A stretch of DNA of 64,000 nt from Nitrospirota bacterium. GTDB lineage: Bacteria; Nitrospirota; UBA9217. Positions 1 to 11,579 of the stretch are shown here, piece by piece. Position numbers and translations under genes: made by a program. Below the pieces are notes generated by a model. The model was not told the DNA's origin. It worked only from the letters and a program-made list of their open reading frames with translations, and made no database searches. The stretch lies in NCBI GenBank assembly GCA_963737155.1, contig CAVTRN010000002.1, forward strand, positions 2,688,001-2,752,000, read 5' to 3'. The first letter of the stretch is position 1. The number at the start of each line of letters is the position of its first letter.

Positions 1-997
1 TTATCTTCACTCCGGAGGCAAATATACAGTGCCTCCCGGCATCCGCGATCGAATTACGCATAATTCTGATATCCTGCACATCGGGCAAGCCGTTACCACC
101 AGTGTGCAAAAATACCCCGTCTCCATGCACTCCTTTGATCACGTTATCGACGACTTCAACCGTCTGCGCCCCACCCTTTACCGCAATCCCACCAACCATG
201 CTTCCACTGACAAAGTTCCCAGCGACACGCACATTGCGAATGCTCCCCTTGTTTACCCTGGAATCGATGCCATAGACAGTTATTCCGAAGGACGCCCCTT
301 GCGCTTGTATCGTGTTTTTCTCGACGAGAATATTTTCCACCCTCCCCTCCCATCCAAAGGTGGCGATTGGCTCATCGCTTACGGATTCAATCATGTTGTT
401 CCGGACAACAATGTCGGAAGTGGCCCGCGCCAGCCGTGGATCTTTGTTTCTAATCATGACCCCCCCGCCACTTGTCCTATTCCGATTAGAGATTGAACAT
501 CCTTCGACAGCCGCGTCCCTGATTCGGGCCGACAAGTCGATACTGTATAACTGCGAGTCTGCAGCAATAGTCAGATTTTTAATCTTAAGATGTTCAACGT
601 TCTCAAATCGTATAATGCCTATATCATCTCCGACAAGCACCGGCAACATGAACTCTATTTTCATGTTCCTGACCGTAATATCACGGTTTCCCTTCGCAAA
701 GTCTGCATTCGTTATGAACCGCGGACCGGTAAAAGGATCTTCGGCTTGCAGTACAGTCAAGTTGCCTTCTCCTTCAAGAATTGATCGGGAAGCCAGCGAG
801 ATCGTTCTCGTCACTTTGTAAATGCCAGCGGGAATGTGTATAATAGTCGTACCGTTGCCGTCAGTCTTCGTGCAGGCCTTCAGATCTAGTAAAGCGGGAA
901 GAACAGCGTCATTTGCCAAAGAAAAACAGGGGACACATAAGAACAACAATAATGGCGAATATATCCTCAAAGCTGAGATGGTTTTTCGCTTAATCAT
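1..997 (-). CDS. Secreted right-handed parallel beta-helix protein (pectate-lyase-3/GH28-like); runs off the left edge
   Basis: Not in the ORF track because it has no stop in the window. Manual translation from ATG at 997: MIKRKTISALRIYSPLLLFLCVPCFSLA (signal-like)...IHIPAGIYKVTRTISLASRSILEGEGNLTVLQ, a typical pectin-lyase-fold N-terminus. Co-oriented with the glycosyltransferases. Confidence 0.65.
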   Translation of the reverse strand, partial: MIKRKTISALRIYSPLLLFLCVPCFSLANDAVLPALLDLKACTKTDGNGTTIIHIPAGIYKVTRTISLASRSILEGEGNLTVLQAEDPFTGPRFITNADFAKGNRDITVRNMKIEFMLPVLVGDDIGIIRFENVEHLKIKNLTIAADSQLYSIDLSARIRDAAVEGCSISNRNRTSGGGVMIRNKDPRLARATSDIVVRNNMIESVSDEPIATFGWEGRVENILVEKNTIQAQGASFGITVYGIDSRVNKGSIRNVRVAGNFVSGSMVGGIAVKGGAQTVEVVDNVIKGVHGDGVFLHTGGNGLPDVQDIRIMRNSIADAGRHCIFASGVKI

Positions 998-1013
998 GTC
1001 ATAATCGCCGCGT

Positions 1014-2018
1014 TTAAAGACGCTCTCGAAAATACCGGAATGACATCAGGAGCATATTAATCGGCTTTAAATACAACCTTTGTTTATTTCGTCGCGGTGA
1101 ATTGACCAGTTGCCAGACGAAGCGTGTAGCTGAGTTTAATCGACTTCCCCAGAGCAACCGCCGCACAACAAACATACCTCTATCCCCGAGTAATGTTGAA
1201 ATTTCTCTTGCCCGTTCCAGGTTTCCAGAAAGAACATGCTGCCGCATGTTCTCCCATCGTAGCCGGGCCAGATAGAGTTCCACATCATGATCAATTTTTG
1301 CGGGAAGACGTCCCGCTCTGCGCAGTGCTTCCACCGTTTCAATAAAGGGATGTTCATCTGTCGGTCGGAATAAAGCACAAGCGCGGTTCTCCGCATCCTT
1401 ATAATAAACTGCTCCGATTTTCGAGCTGAACGCTATGGGATAATGGAGCGCAATGCGTCCCCAAAGATCTAGATCTTCACCCATTCTCCTTCCTACGGAA
1501 AAGCCGCTCATCTCAATGAGCACAATTTTTGGTACGCAGGATGCGGATGACGAGACTGGCGGTGTTCCCAGAGCAGCCGACCGAAAATAGCTTGGAATCA
1601 TTCCTTCCCAAGATGAAACCATAATTCCTATGAATTTCGGATTAATCTCACTGTGTCTTTCGTTTACGATATTGTAGGCGGTGGCGTAAATACCTGCTCC
1701 GGGGTATTTGTTCCGTAACCGGTTTATCGTTTCTAGGAAATCCGGTTTCCACTCATCATCGGCATCTAAAAAAGCAACCATATCTCCGCGCGAGGCTGCA
1801 ATCCCGCGATTCCTGGCCGCCGAAACACCTGCGTTGTCTTGGTGAATAAGCATGATGCGTGAGTCATACATGCGTTTAACAATCTCAGGCCCCTTATCGG
1901 TAGATCCATCATTCACGACAATGAGCTCAAAATTTTTATATGACTGCTTTATCACTGACTGGATAGCACGCTCGATGTGCAAGGCTTTATTGAAAAGAGG
2001 TACGACAATGGAGATCAT
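1014..2018 (-). CDS. Glycosyltransferase family 2
   Basis: MISIVVPLFNK...ELIVVNDGSTD...NAGVSAARNRG...AFLDADD GT-A motifs; start placed at ATG 2018 inside ORF 1014..2162. Confidence 0.9.
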   Translation of the reverse strand: MISIVVPLFNKALHIERAIQSVIKQSYKNFELIVVNDGSTDKGPEIVKRMYDSRIMLIHQDNAGVSAARNRGIAASRGDMVAFLDADDEWKPDFLETINRLRNKYPGAGIYATAYNIVNERHSEINPKFIGIMVSSWEGMIPSYFRSAALGTPPVSSSASCVPKIVLIEMSGFSVGRRMGEDLDLWGRIALHYPIAFSSKIGAVYYKDAENRACALFRPTDEHPFIETVEALRRAGRLPAKIDHDVELYLARLRWENMRQHVLSGNLERAREISTLLGDRGMFVVRRLLWGSRLNSATRFVWQLVNSPRRNKQRLYLKPINMLLMSFRYFRERL

Positions 2019-2455
2019 TTTTACACTTTCAATATCCGGGTCCTTTCGAAATATTGCAGGAATACTGTTATTTTTAATCAATGGATGACAAAACCCCATA
2101 TACTTTAAATCGCCGGCAGTATCTGTTAGTTGACCCAGACTTACATATTCTGGATTGGGCAACGTTGCAATTCCGGCTCATCATTCTTAAAGAATGGTTT
2201 CACGCATTCCCACTCCTCCAGAGATTATTTCCGTCGAACGGTACTTCATTAATCATCGTGCGTAATTCAAAAGTCGTGAGATGCAATGAAATTGAGGCTA
2301 TAGTTCGTTTTAACGTTTGGAGCATTGAACATACTAAATTAATTCCAGTCCTTAATCGGCGACATATGTATCTGGATTTTGACGAAAATAAACGTTTACA
2401 AATGCTACGACAGCTTTAGCTTTCTCCGGATGTTAAAAAGTTAGATATTTACATT

Positions 2456-3337
2456 TCATAATCTTAATCCCTGATAAAAAAAATATTTCTGGATATGCTT
2501 TTTTTTAAACGTCATAAAATATCTCATTATACAAACAACCATAAAGAAATATTTCACCATCGCCGCGGCGTACGCCCCCCGGCATTTTTTCATGTAAAGT
2601 ATCTGGCTTGCCGAGTAAATTTTATAATCCTTTTCGCGAGATGATTGCCCCTCAAGGTGAATTATGCAAATGTCGGGAACAATGAATGCCCTCAAACCTT
2701 TTTGCTTCAAGCGATGACAGAGTTCTGATTCTTCAAAATAAAGAAAAAAATCCTCGTCGAACGGGAGTCCGGGGCTCACCGTAGATTTGCGTAAAAAAAT
2801 ATCTGCACCAACTATGTAGTCAACTTCGATCGGAGTAAGTGATTTCGGGATGACTCCTGTTGATATTTTGTCCTTTACTGAGGCGGGCAGCAACCTGTCA
2901 GCTCTTACAGCATAGAGCATAATTTCAAGCAATGATGGGAAATTACCGTAAGATTTGGCCGGCGTCAGGTCTTTCTGCAAAAGCTGGCCACCGCATGCAT
3001 AAACATTCTTATTTTCAGGACACTCCATGAAATGGTAGAAATCCCTGATCGCATCACTGACCAAGAGCGTATCAGAATTCAAAAAAAAGACGTACTTCCC
3101 CTTGGCCGACGTATAGCCGACATTGTTCGCTTTTCCAAATCCAAGATTTGTCTGATTCCTTATCAGAATTACTTCAGGAAACTCCTTTTCCACCATCTCC
3201 CGAGAGCCGTCCTGGGAATCATTATCAACGACAATAATTTCGCTGTGCAAACTCGAAGCGTACTTTTGTACACTCCGGATGCAATCCCGAAGTAGCAAAG
3301 CCGTATTGTAGCTGACTATAATGACTGATACATCCAC
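2456..3337 (-). CDS. Glycosyltransferase family 2 (rhamnosyltransferase-like)
   Basis: VSVIIVSYN, VVDNDSQDGS, NLGFGKANN, FLNSDT, FDEDFFLYFEE motifs. Confidence 0.9.
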   Translation of the reverse strand: MDVSVIIVSYNTALLLRDCIRSVQKYASSLHSEIIVVDNDSQDGSREMVEKEFPEVILIRNQTNLGFGKANNVGYTSAKGKYVFFLNSDTLLVSDAIRDFYHFMECPENKNVYACGGQLLQKDLTPAKSYGNFPSLLEIMLYAVRADRLLPASVKDKISTGVIPKSLTPIEVDYIVGADIFLRKSTVSPGLPFDEDFFLYFEESELCHRLKQKGLRAFIVPDICIIHLEGQSSREKDYKIYSASQILYMKKCRGAYAAAMVKYFFMVVCIMRYFMTFKKKHIQKYFFYQGLRL

Positions 3338-3370
3338 AATCCTCTCCCTTTGCCTAATACGCTGTTCAAT

Positions 3371-4834
3371 TTATGCTTTCATATTGGCAAATATTGTTCT
3401 CGCCTCCTTAATCATCGTCCACTTAGAAAGAAGTCCTTGCATCAACACATATCCGGCAATGCACACAACCAGTTTGAGCGCAAATACCATCGCTGTCGGC
3501 CGATAGCCGACGTCCAATCGCATGAATAGCGCCGTCAATACGCCAATACAAATCCCTGATGCGACAGCGGGGCTTATTGTTCTGAACATGTCCCGATATT
3601 CCAAATTTATCTCATTTCGCAAGGCCGGGAAGTATATAAAATATTGCAACATATAGCTCATTGTTACTAAAACGGCAACTCCTGTTAGGCCGAAATAGCG
3701 GATCACCGGATAGAGAAATACCACTTCGATAAGGGCAGTAACAATCGTAGATTTGAGTACCAGGTCTGTGCGTCCGATGGCCATAACTACGCTGCCAACC
3801 GGCTCAAGAAGAGACCGCGCTATTCCGTAAAAACAAAATATTTTCAAAACGAGCAAAGAGGATAACCATTTATCAGTACCCTGCCCCAAAACGATAACCA
3901 GAAACTCCTTTGATACGGTGAACAGGCAAAGGTTTGTCAAAATGCTAATGAACGCGATAACTTTCACGACCCGCAAATAAGCATCCCTAATGTTCGCTTT
4001 GTCATGTTGTATGTTTGCAAAGGTTGGAAACAGCACGGTCAATATTACGGAGGCAGAGAGTACGCTTATCATGGATCCCCAATTGAACGCCAGCGAGTAG
4101 TAGCCAAGCGTATTGACCCCTGATACCACACCAACGACGAAGTTGTCCAGGTTGATGATCGCAAATATCAGAAGCTGGGAAATAAATATTTTACCGCCGT
4201 AGTTAACGAGAGCTCCCGCGTCCCGTCTGTCAAATTCTATTTTTATCTTTACAGGCTTTAGAATATTGATAAGGATCACGGATACAAACGTCGCGCATAC
4301 GTTACCAATGACAATGCTCCAATATGAATAATTGTGTACAACGAGAATAATGGAAGTCAATGAGCTCGTCAGCGAGGCCGCTATTTGATAATACATGATT
4401 TTTTTAAAATCGAGCTTGCGGGTAAGAATGGTGACCGGGATAAAAGAGAGACTGTTTAAAAGGAAATTTAGTGAAAGGAGTTTAACTACATTGACAACCG
4501 CGGCTTCATGGAAAAGATATTTCGTAAGAGGAGCTACGAAAAATGACGAGATGAAAACAAGAACACCAAGAGTAACTTTCATGGAGAATCCCGTGTATAA
4601 AGCGCGATCGGTTAGCAGCTTTTTTTGAATTACTGCGCTGTTGATTCCGAAGTCATTGAATTGCGAAAATAAATTGACGATGATGATTGCAAAACCTGCA
4701 ATGCCATAATCACGTGACACAAGATGTCGTGCAAGTACAACGCTTGCAACGCCTGAAAGAACGATTGTTATGATCTTCGCAGCGGCATTGAAGCTTATAT
4801 TTTTAACCAGCGCGGTTTTAAAGGTCTGGGACAT
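3371..4834 (-). CDS. Wzx-family polysaccharide flippase (WzxC-like)
   Basis: 487 aa, many TM segments, LARHL..DYG, DFGINSAVIQ, LDNFVVG..LGYY motifs of PST-family exporters. Confidence 0.88.
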   Translation of the reverse strand: MSQTFKTALVKNISFNAAAKIITIVLSGVASVVLARHLVSRDYGIAGFAIIIVNLFSQFNDFGINSAVIQKKLLTDRALYTGFSMKVTLGVLVFISSFFVAPLTKYLFHEAAVVNVVKLLSLNFLLNSLSFIPVTILTRKLDFKKIMYYQIAASLTSSLTSIILVVHNYSYWSIVIGNVCATFVSVILINILKPVKIKIEFDRRDAGALVNYGGKIFISQLLIFAIINLDNFVVGVVSGVNTLGYYSLAFNWGSMISVLSASVILTVLFPTFANIQHDKANIRDAYLRVVKVIAFISILTNLCLFTVSKEFLVIVLGQGTDKWLSSLLVLKIFCFYGIARSLLEPVGSVVMAIGRTDLVLKSTIVTALIEVVFLYPVIRYFGLTGVAVLVTMSYMLQYFIYFPALRNEINLEYRDMFRTISPAVASGICIGVLTALFMRLDVGYRPTAMVFALKLVVCIAGYVLMQGLLSKWTMIKEARTIFANMKA

Positions 4835-5468
4835 TTTTTGCCAGAATATAAAACTGATATGCAGCGAAGGATCTGAGTCTGTTCAACAGCAGCCCGTTTA
4901 TTAACCTGAACAATTTCCCGGAAATATAGACGCCTTGGACTTTTTCAGCTTTCATCCCGGCACTTTTTATAAGACCAATAATTTCACTGCGCGTGAAAAA
5001 CCTCACGTGTGTATTGTCGAGAATTCCCTGTTCCGCATATTTCCACTCGTCGTGTAGAATCAATCTTTGTAATAATTTATAATACTTCACATTCGGGATG
5101 CTAATGAGCATAACGCCTTCGTCACGCAGGTAGGAACGTATTTTCTTTATCGCGTCCAGGGGGTTATAGAGATGTTCCAAAACATCGGCCAGAATGATCC
5201 CGTCGAAATAGTTATTTTCGAAAGGAAGATCGTCTTTTTCTATATCGGCCACAAGAACTGCATCCAGTCCTTTTCTTTCGGCGATTGCTATCGCTTCGGC
5301 ATTTATATCAACACCGGCGACATAAGAGGCGCCGATTGTCTTCAGATATTCAAGAGTCGCGCCGTTTCCACAGCCAATCTCCAAATATCTGCCATAAATG
5401 GCAGGCAGCATCCCAACAAGATCGCGACGTTGATAATTATAATATTGTGAATTTTTAGGCCTTTGCAT
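4818..5468 (-). CDS. Class I SAM-dependent methyltransferase
   Basis: YLEIGCGNG motif I, DVLEHL, SIPNV, GILDNTHVRFFT; typical of polysaccharide loci. Confidence 0.88.
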   Translation of the reverse strand: MQRPKNSQYYNYQRRDLVGMLPAIYGRYLEIGCGNGATLEYLKTIGASYVAGVDINAEAIAIAERKGLDAVLVADIEKDDLPFENNYFDGIILADVLEHLYNPLDAIKKIRSYLRDEGVMLISIPNVKYYKLLQRLILHDEWKYAEQGILDNTHVRFFTRSEIIGLIKSAGMKAEKVQGVYISGKLFRLINGLLLNRLRSFAAYQFYILAKNVPDL

Positions 5469-5476
5469 TTTTATAT

Positions 5477-5627
5477 TTTATAAAACAGTCCTGAAATACC
5501 CAGCAGCTTGCTGCTGGGATGAAAAGGACATCCTGGCGAAGCCAGGATAAGTCTTCAGCTTCTTTGTTGTGCTTTTTTAAGGTTTCAAGTTCCGATGCCC
5601 CGCAGCTTGCTGCGGGGTGATTCACTC
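5477..5627 (-). mobile_element. 151-bp non-autonomous palindromic element (IS200/IS605-derived MITE/PATE-like), copy 1
   Basis: Reverse complement matches 27410..27560 with 1 mismatch. Terminal hairpins CCCCGCAGCAAGCTGCGGGG and CCCAGCAGCAAGCTGCTGGG, internal hairpin ATCCTGGC-TTC-GCCAGGAT. Confidence 0.75.
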
Positions 5628-5692
5628 GACTAGCGATCTTTCAACTTCCTAAAACAATGTTTCAATATTTACTTTCCCAGAGTTTAAAATTA

Positions 5693-6529
<837 letters not shown>

Positions 6530-6759
6530 CTGATTCTCCCTGACGGCGGATCTGGTGTAGTGTATTCCTTCGGGCTGCAAGCGATGCGTAATACCCCTCC
6601 CCGAAGAAGACTAAATATGAGGGAAGAGAGCCGCGAAGCCGTTGGCAAAGCTCCGCCTCCTCGGTCACAGGGCTTCAAAAAAACCGAGAAGGTAACGAAA
6701 AAATACTTTTTTTCGCATGTGGATGGTTAATGCCTGCCGGGATGATCGGGCTCGCCGTT

Positions 6760-7261
6760 ATGCTGCCTCTCGACATCTTCCGCACACCTTTTTATGGCCG
6801 TGCATCTCCCGAGCAGTTCGATGCTTACGAAATATATATGCTGACCGTGATGCTTCTGCTTCAGTATCCCCCAGGGCGCCCCGGGACACAACTTTCGTCA
6901 CGTGTACCGGCAATCCTTCCTGCAGATGAGTATAAAGTCAGCGTGTTCTGCGCAGATGAAGCACATTTTCAGCAATCCAGTCTCCTCAGGCAATGCCGGA
7001 CAGGGTTGCCTTGGAACCATCAAGATGAACGTTACCGTACCCCTTGTTTTGATAACGTTCAGAAATTTATCCGGTCAGTAATGGAGACGAAAATATAGCC
7101 GGGGAACAAGGGCAGCCTGCCTGTTTCTTCCTGTCTTTCCATTGATTCAGCTTCATGACAGAAGGAAGAAAGGCCTCGATCCCCTTGCGCTGAAGTTCAT
7201 CGGAGGCAACGCGTTCATGCCTCGATTTTACGTCCAATGCGTATCTGCTCGTCTTTCTCAT
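6760..7261 (-). pseudogene. UpxY/LoaP/NusG-family antiterminator pseudogene
   Basis: YALDVKSRHERVASDELQRKGIEAFLPSVMKLNQWKDRKK, then frameshift to PLFPGYIFVSI, later VSIELLGR (KOW-like tail); interrupted by stops. Confidence 0.75.
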
Positions 7262-7335
7262 AACGTCACACCGGATACCCACCGGAACTATTCAGACCTA
7301 CCGGTCCGGCACCCAGTGCGGCTCCCCTGCGGCCC

Positions 7336-8349
7336 TCAGGGCACTTTCGCGGTGTTTACTTCTTCACGGAGCAGGATCTCCACTGATGCCTTCTCGCGAA
7401 GGTTCTTGGCATACAGATCTGCCTCCTGCCGAACTTTTTCCTGGGCCAAATGTTTTCGAATCTGTTCCTTGACTGCATCATAAGCGAGGATTGTCTCCGG
7501 CTTCCGGTCGAACACCTTGAACACGTTAAACCCGTAACTCGTCTCGATAATATCGCTCGTTTCTCCCGTCTTCAGTCTGAACACGGCGTTCTCGAGCTGC
7601 TTGTCCAGCTGCCCGATCCTGATATATCCCAAGTCGCCGCCGCTGGTTCTGGTCGGACCATCGGACTGTTCCCTGGCCAAGGCAGAAAAATCCTGGCCCT
7701 TTTTCAGGTTCTTCAGGACCAGTTCGGCCTTTTGCTTCGCTTCCTTTTTTCTTAGATCATCCCATTTCGGATCAACCTGGATCAGGATATGGCTGACCCG
7801 TGCCTGGAGCGGCTGTTTGAAGAGGTCTAAGTGGCTCTCGTAATTGCCGACCATTTCGGCGTCGGTCACGGTGACCTTCGCGCCGAATTTCCGGTCCACA
7901 TACTGTTGCAGGGCGCTGTTCCTTTCCAGCTGCAGCCGCAGCGCTTCCTCGGACATGTTCCTCTTTCCGAGTTCATTGTTATACTCTGCCTCAGTCGGGA
8001 ACTGCCGCTTGAGCGCCGCGAGCTCGCCGGCGACCGCGCTCTCATCAGGCTTGATGCCAGCTTTGCGGCTGTCCTGATAGAGGACCTCACGCCGGATCAT
8101 GCTTTCCAGCACCTGCGCCCGGATGGAGGCAACCTGGCTTCCGGTAAGCGGTTTTCCCTGGCCCAGAAGGGATTTCTGGATCAGAAAGACTTCCTTATCG
8201 AAATCAGCCCGCTCTATGGGAACGCCGTTCACGACCGCAACACGATCGTTGGCTGGTTCCGCTTTCTTTCCTTCGCTCCAGGCCGGCGAGGCAATGGCGA
8301 TGCATGCAGCGAACAGCACTACTGTTTTGAAACCAAAAATCCTGGTCAT
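7336..8349 (-). CDS. SurA/PrsA-like parvulin (PpiC-type) peptidyl-prolyl isomerase
   Basis: Signal peptide; VAVVNGVPI; ARVSHILI; DFSALAREQSD..SGGDLG; SDIIETSYGF. Confidence 0.92.
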   Translation of the reverse strand: MTRIFGFKTVVLFAACIAIASPAWSEGKKAEPANDRVAVVNGVPIERADFDKEVFLIQKSLLGQGKPLTGSQVASIRAQVLESMIRREVLYQDSRKAGIKPDESAVAGELAALKRQFPTEAEYNNELGKRNMSEEALRLQLERNSALQQYVDRKFGAKVTVTDAEMVGNYESHLDLFKQPLQARVSHILIQVDPKWDDLRKKEAKQKAELVLKNLKKGQDFSALAREQSDGPTRTSGGDLGYIRIGQLDKQLENAVFRLKTGETSDIIETSYGFNVFKVFDRKPETILAYDAVKEQIRKHLAQEKVRQEADLYAKNLREKASVEILLREEVNTAKVP

Positions 8350-8363
8350 GTTAAAAAACCCCC

Positions 8364-9044
8364 TTATTTTTTATTGATCTTCAGCTGCTCAATCTCATCT
8401 TGATACTGACTAATTAGCTGTTCAAGTTCCACCTTCCGCACTTGCGTCAGCGGCTCCTTCTCAAGGAGAGCCGAGCCGATCCCCTTGTCCTTGTATTTTT
8501 TGACGAGTTCCTGTGCGATCAGTGCGAGCTCGGCATTGTGCGCGGAACAGGAGCCCAGTTCCCGAGTCGTCCGTTTCAGGTCCACCTGAAGGACTTGTTT
8601 TTCTCCGGCTGCTTGTTTTAGTTCCCGGTCCAAGTCCTTGTTGATCTGCTGCGCTTTCTCGAGGTCTTGTCTGGTTTTGGCAGTTTTTTCATTGGCCGCA
8701 TTGTTCCGTGCTTCCAGTTTTTGAACCTGCTCGGTAAGTATTCCCACCCGGCCACGCAAATCCGCTGTTTTCTTCCTCTCGCCTTGGATAGCAGCCTGCA
8801 GTTTGTTCACATCGTCAGTGCATTTTTGCTCCAGCGAGCCAGTGGCCTCGGCCCTTTCCTCGGTCATAGTCTTCTGAATAAAAGCAATCCTCTTTTCCTT
8901 CTCCCTGATCTTGTCCTGGCAGCTCTTTTGCTCCTTTGTGACCTCCCTTGTGACCTGCATATGTCCTACACCCAGCCCGATGCACAGTCCGGCAACCAGC
9001 CCAACAGCGGGAAGTATGAGCCTTTGTAACAGTGGGAAACTCAT
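8364..9044 (-). CDS. Membrane-anchored coiled-coil protein
   Basis: N-terminal hydrophobic segment, long heptad-rich region, C-terminal EPLTQVRKVELE; follows the putative porin in the operon. Confidence 0.75.
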   Translation of the reverse strand: MSFPLLQRLILPAVGLVAGLCIGLGVGHMQVTREVTKEQKSCQDKIREKEKRIAFIQKTMTEERAEATGSLEQKCTDDVNKLQAAIQGERKKTADLRGRVGILTEQVQKLEARNNAANEKTAKTRQDLEKAQQINKDLDRELKQAAGEKQVLQVDLKRTTRELGSCSAHNAELALIAQELVKKYKDKGIGSALLEKEPLTQVRKVELEQLISQYQDEIEQLKINKK

Positions 9045-9107
9045 GATTTCTCCAGATCTGATCCAGCCCGTCCAGAACCACAGGACTGAAAGTATCTTCT
9101 GCGATCG

Positions 9108-10751
9108 CTAGAATCTTGCATTTATATCCACCTGCAGTACATCGATCGCCAGTGGTGGACCGCTGATTGCATCCGCCGACAACCATCGAAGCGTAAGCCA
9201 GTTATTCTTTAACAACCCGACATCGGTTCCCACAATCCAGCCTTGAGCATTGGTGCCTCCAAGATGGAAATCGGAGTCTGTATAGCCGTCAACAACGGCG
9301 TCCGATTCCAGGTGCTTTTGGTAAAAATATACCTTCCACTGGCCGGAATCATACGTGTTCGGATACCCTACGGACACACCATATTGGTAGCCCTCGACTT
9401 GTTTGTTGGGATTGGGATTGCCCGTCCTTGCGGCAACACGGGCCTCATTAAAGCCAAAATTTTTCACATAATCGCCGAGGAAAACGACATGAACGGGATC
9501 CCAGAAACCGATATCGAGAGTGCCCGTGGCGTCCAATTCCTGGAATTCCGAAGCGAGGGCCGTCGTAACGACGGATGGGTTCGAGCTGATATTGAACAGA
9601 GTGTTCCCCTTCTGTTGAAACTGGGGTGCGGTCCAGTCCGTGGCGCCGGGATTATTGGGATTATTGAGCACCCCGGTGATATTCTTGAAATCATAGAAGG
9701 CCGAACCGATCTTAATAGCAACGCTTTTTTGGCTTTCCCGTTCAAGCCCCAACTGCCCGGCCACAAGCCATTTCTGTTCCGAGCTGAAATTATACTGCTG
9801 CAATGGAAAAGCACCGGTAGTGATATAGGGCGTCAACGATTCCGCGTTGGACGTGGGCATCCTCGCATGCAGGGCAAAGCCATCGAAATTCAAATCCTTG
9901 GCCCACACAAGATCGGTTGAAAAAAAAGGATTAGGCATCCTCCCCCCATAAAGAGCGAATGAGTTCGACGGGTGCCACTTAAGATATGCAAGATTGATCA
10001 CGACAGAGTCAGGGCTCATAGAGTTCCCTATGGTCACATTATTCGAGACGGGGTTTGTCGTACTGCCAGTGGACAGGCGAACGACCGCATCCAGCTGGTC
10101 ATTTATCATCGCCTCCGCGCCGAAACGTGCCCGGTATTTGAATAGGTCCTGGTCTACCGTCGTATTCATGAGTTCACTCGGGTCTGACGGCTGCGCAAAA
10201 GAGGCATTATTTTTGCCAAAGCGATCTTGCTCATACCGCAGGCGGATGTCCCCGCCAAAGCGGATCCGCTTTTCTTTCTCCTGCATGGCCCAGTTCACTT
10301 TCCAGATCTCCCTGTACATCTCGTCCATAACGTCGTTTCTGACCTCATCCTCGACGGCACTTCCAACCTCCTGGATCACCCGAGCTGTTGTTTTCGCAAT
10401 CAGCTCCCTGTCATGTGCCTCCTGAGCGCTGACGGTCCCCGTCCCTTCGGTACTAACGGTCGACGCCGCAGCAAGAGCAGGTGCGGCTTCGTTGTACTGG
10501 TTAGCATTCCCCTGCTTCGCCTGTCCAACGGGTTCCTTGCGGGTCTGCCAGTAAGCCGTAGCAATATCACTCTGGGACGGTGTGCTCTCATGCATGATGA
10601 TCACGGGTTTGGGAGCCGATGCGCAGCCAACAACTATCGACATCAAGAGCGCCGCAATGCCACAAGTGATATGTCTCCCCATCCACGTCAGGAGTACTGA
10701 AGCCGGAAGTTGAATGTTTGCTTTCATTGATATGTGCCTGGTTCCTCTCAT
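9108..10751 (-). CDS. Putative porin (outer-membrane beta-barrel) with lipobox-like N-terminus
   Basis: IRFGGDIRLRYE, DSDFHLGGTNAQGW, C-terminal DVLQVDINARF ending in Phe; VVGC lipobox-like motif. Confidence 0.85.
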   Translation of the reverse strand: MRGTRHISMKANIQLPASVLLTWMGRHITCGIAALLMSIVVGCASAPKPVIIMHESTPSQSDIATAYWQTRKEPVGQAKQGNANQYNEAAPALAAASTVSTEGTGTVSAQEAHDRELIAKTTARVIQEVGSAVEDEVRNDVMDEMYREIWKVNWAMQEKEKRIRFGGDIRLRYEQDRFGKNNASFAQPSDPSELMNTTVDQDLFKYRARFGAEAMINDQLDAVVRLSTGSTTNPVSNNVTIGNSMSPDSVVINLAYLKWHPSNSFALYGGRMPNPFFSTDLVWAKDLNFDGFALHARMPTSNAESLTPYITTGAFPLQQYNFSSEQKWLVAGQLGLERESQKSVAIKIGSAFYDFKNITGVLNNPNNPGATDWTAPQFQQKGNTLFNISSNPSVVTTALASEFQELDATGTLDIGFWDPVHVVFLGDYVKNFGFNEARVAARTGNPNPNKQVEGYQYGVSVGYPNTYDSGQWKVYFYQKHLESDAVVDGYTDSDFHLGGTNAQGWIVGTDVGLLKNNWLTLRWLSADAISGPPLAIDVLQVDINARF

Positions 10752-10784
10752 GGCAATAGTATCGGGCCGTTCATTCTTGATTTA

Positions 10785-11483
10785 TCAGCCCTGAGAAATA
10801 ATTTTGACGTCCATCGTCCGCGGCATGCTTTCCGGCGGTGGTTCACTGATCCGGAGAGAACGGAGGGCCTGGATGACCGCGTCATCCATTCTGTTGTTCC
10901 CCGAAGACCCGATTATCCGGTAATCAATGACTGTGCCATCAATGTCCACTTTCACCCTAACGATAGCCTGAAGCTTGCCCTTGGGGATTCCACCTTCCTC
11001 ATCCAGTTGCTTCGTGACCTTCTTTCTGATTTCCGTCACCACGATCTGGGTATAGCCGGCGAATTTGGTCAGAAGAGAGAGCTTCCCGAACCCGGATTCC
11101 GCGGCAATAATGCTCCTCCCACCCTTCTTCCCGACCAGACCGAAGTTGTCACTGCCTGCTCCGCCCTCGGAATCAACACCCAGATTTTCTCCAGCCGGCG
11201 TGTTGTCCTTGCTGTCGGTGTTCTGGTTCTGCGCCTCGTTCTTCACTCCCGGATCGATAATGTCCTCCTTCTTCGGGACCTCTTTGATCTCCTCGGGCGG
11301 CTTTTCCTTTACCTCGACTATAGGCGGAGGCTTGAGCAACGTGACAGTTGCCATGGTGTTCTTCCTGTGCGGCTCATCCTCGGACAGGACCGTTTTGACA
11401 ATATACACGCCCCCCGAGATCAGAAAGATCGTCACCGCGATCAGAACCCAGGGAACGGATTTTTTTGCTTGTTTGCCAGACAT
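10785..11483 (-). CDS. TonB-family energy transducer (TonB/TolA C-terminal domain)
   Basis: Single TM, Pro/Glu/Lys-rich linker KPPPIVEVKEKPPEE, C-terminal GSSGNNRMDDAVIQAL. Confidence 0.85.
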   Translation of the reverse strand: MSGKQAKKSVPWVLIAVTIFLISGGVYIVKTVLSEDEPHRKNTMATVTLLKPPPIVEVKEKPPEEIKEVPKKEDIIDPGVKNEAQNQNTDSKDNTPAGENLGVDSEGGAGSDNFGLVGKKGGRSIIAAESGFGKLSLLTKFAGYTQIVVTEIRKKVTKQLDEEGGIPKGKLQAIVRVKVDIDGTVIDYRIIGSSGNNRMDDAVIQALRSLRISEPPPESMPRTMDVKIISQG

Positions 11484-11579
11484 GCGCTGTTGCTCCGACT
11501 AATGCAAATAAAAAGTTGACGCTTAATTTAGTGCGATTCGACACTTCCCGGTTTTATTCCTGGTGTGGCGCATGTCCCT

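Noticed and set aside
29-1004. Plus-strand ORFs at the left edge
   Set aside because: The real gene is the edge-truncated minus-strand beta-helix ORF starting at 997.
6540-6680. Hairpin-rich stretch between the upxY-like and galE pseudogenes as an ops/JUMPStart site or riboswitch
   Set aside because: No canonical GGCGGTAG ops or recognisable aptamer core; structure alone is insufficient.
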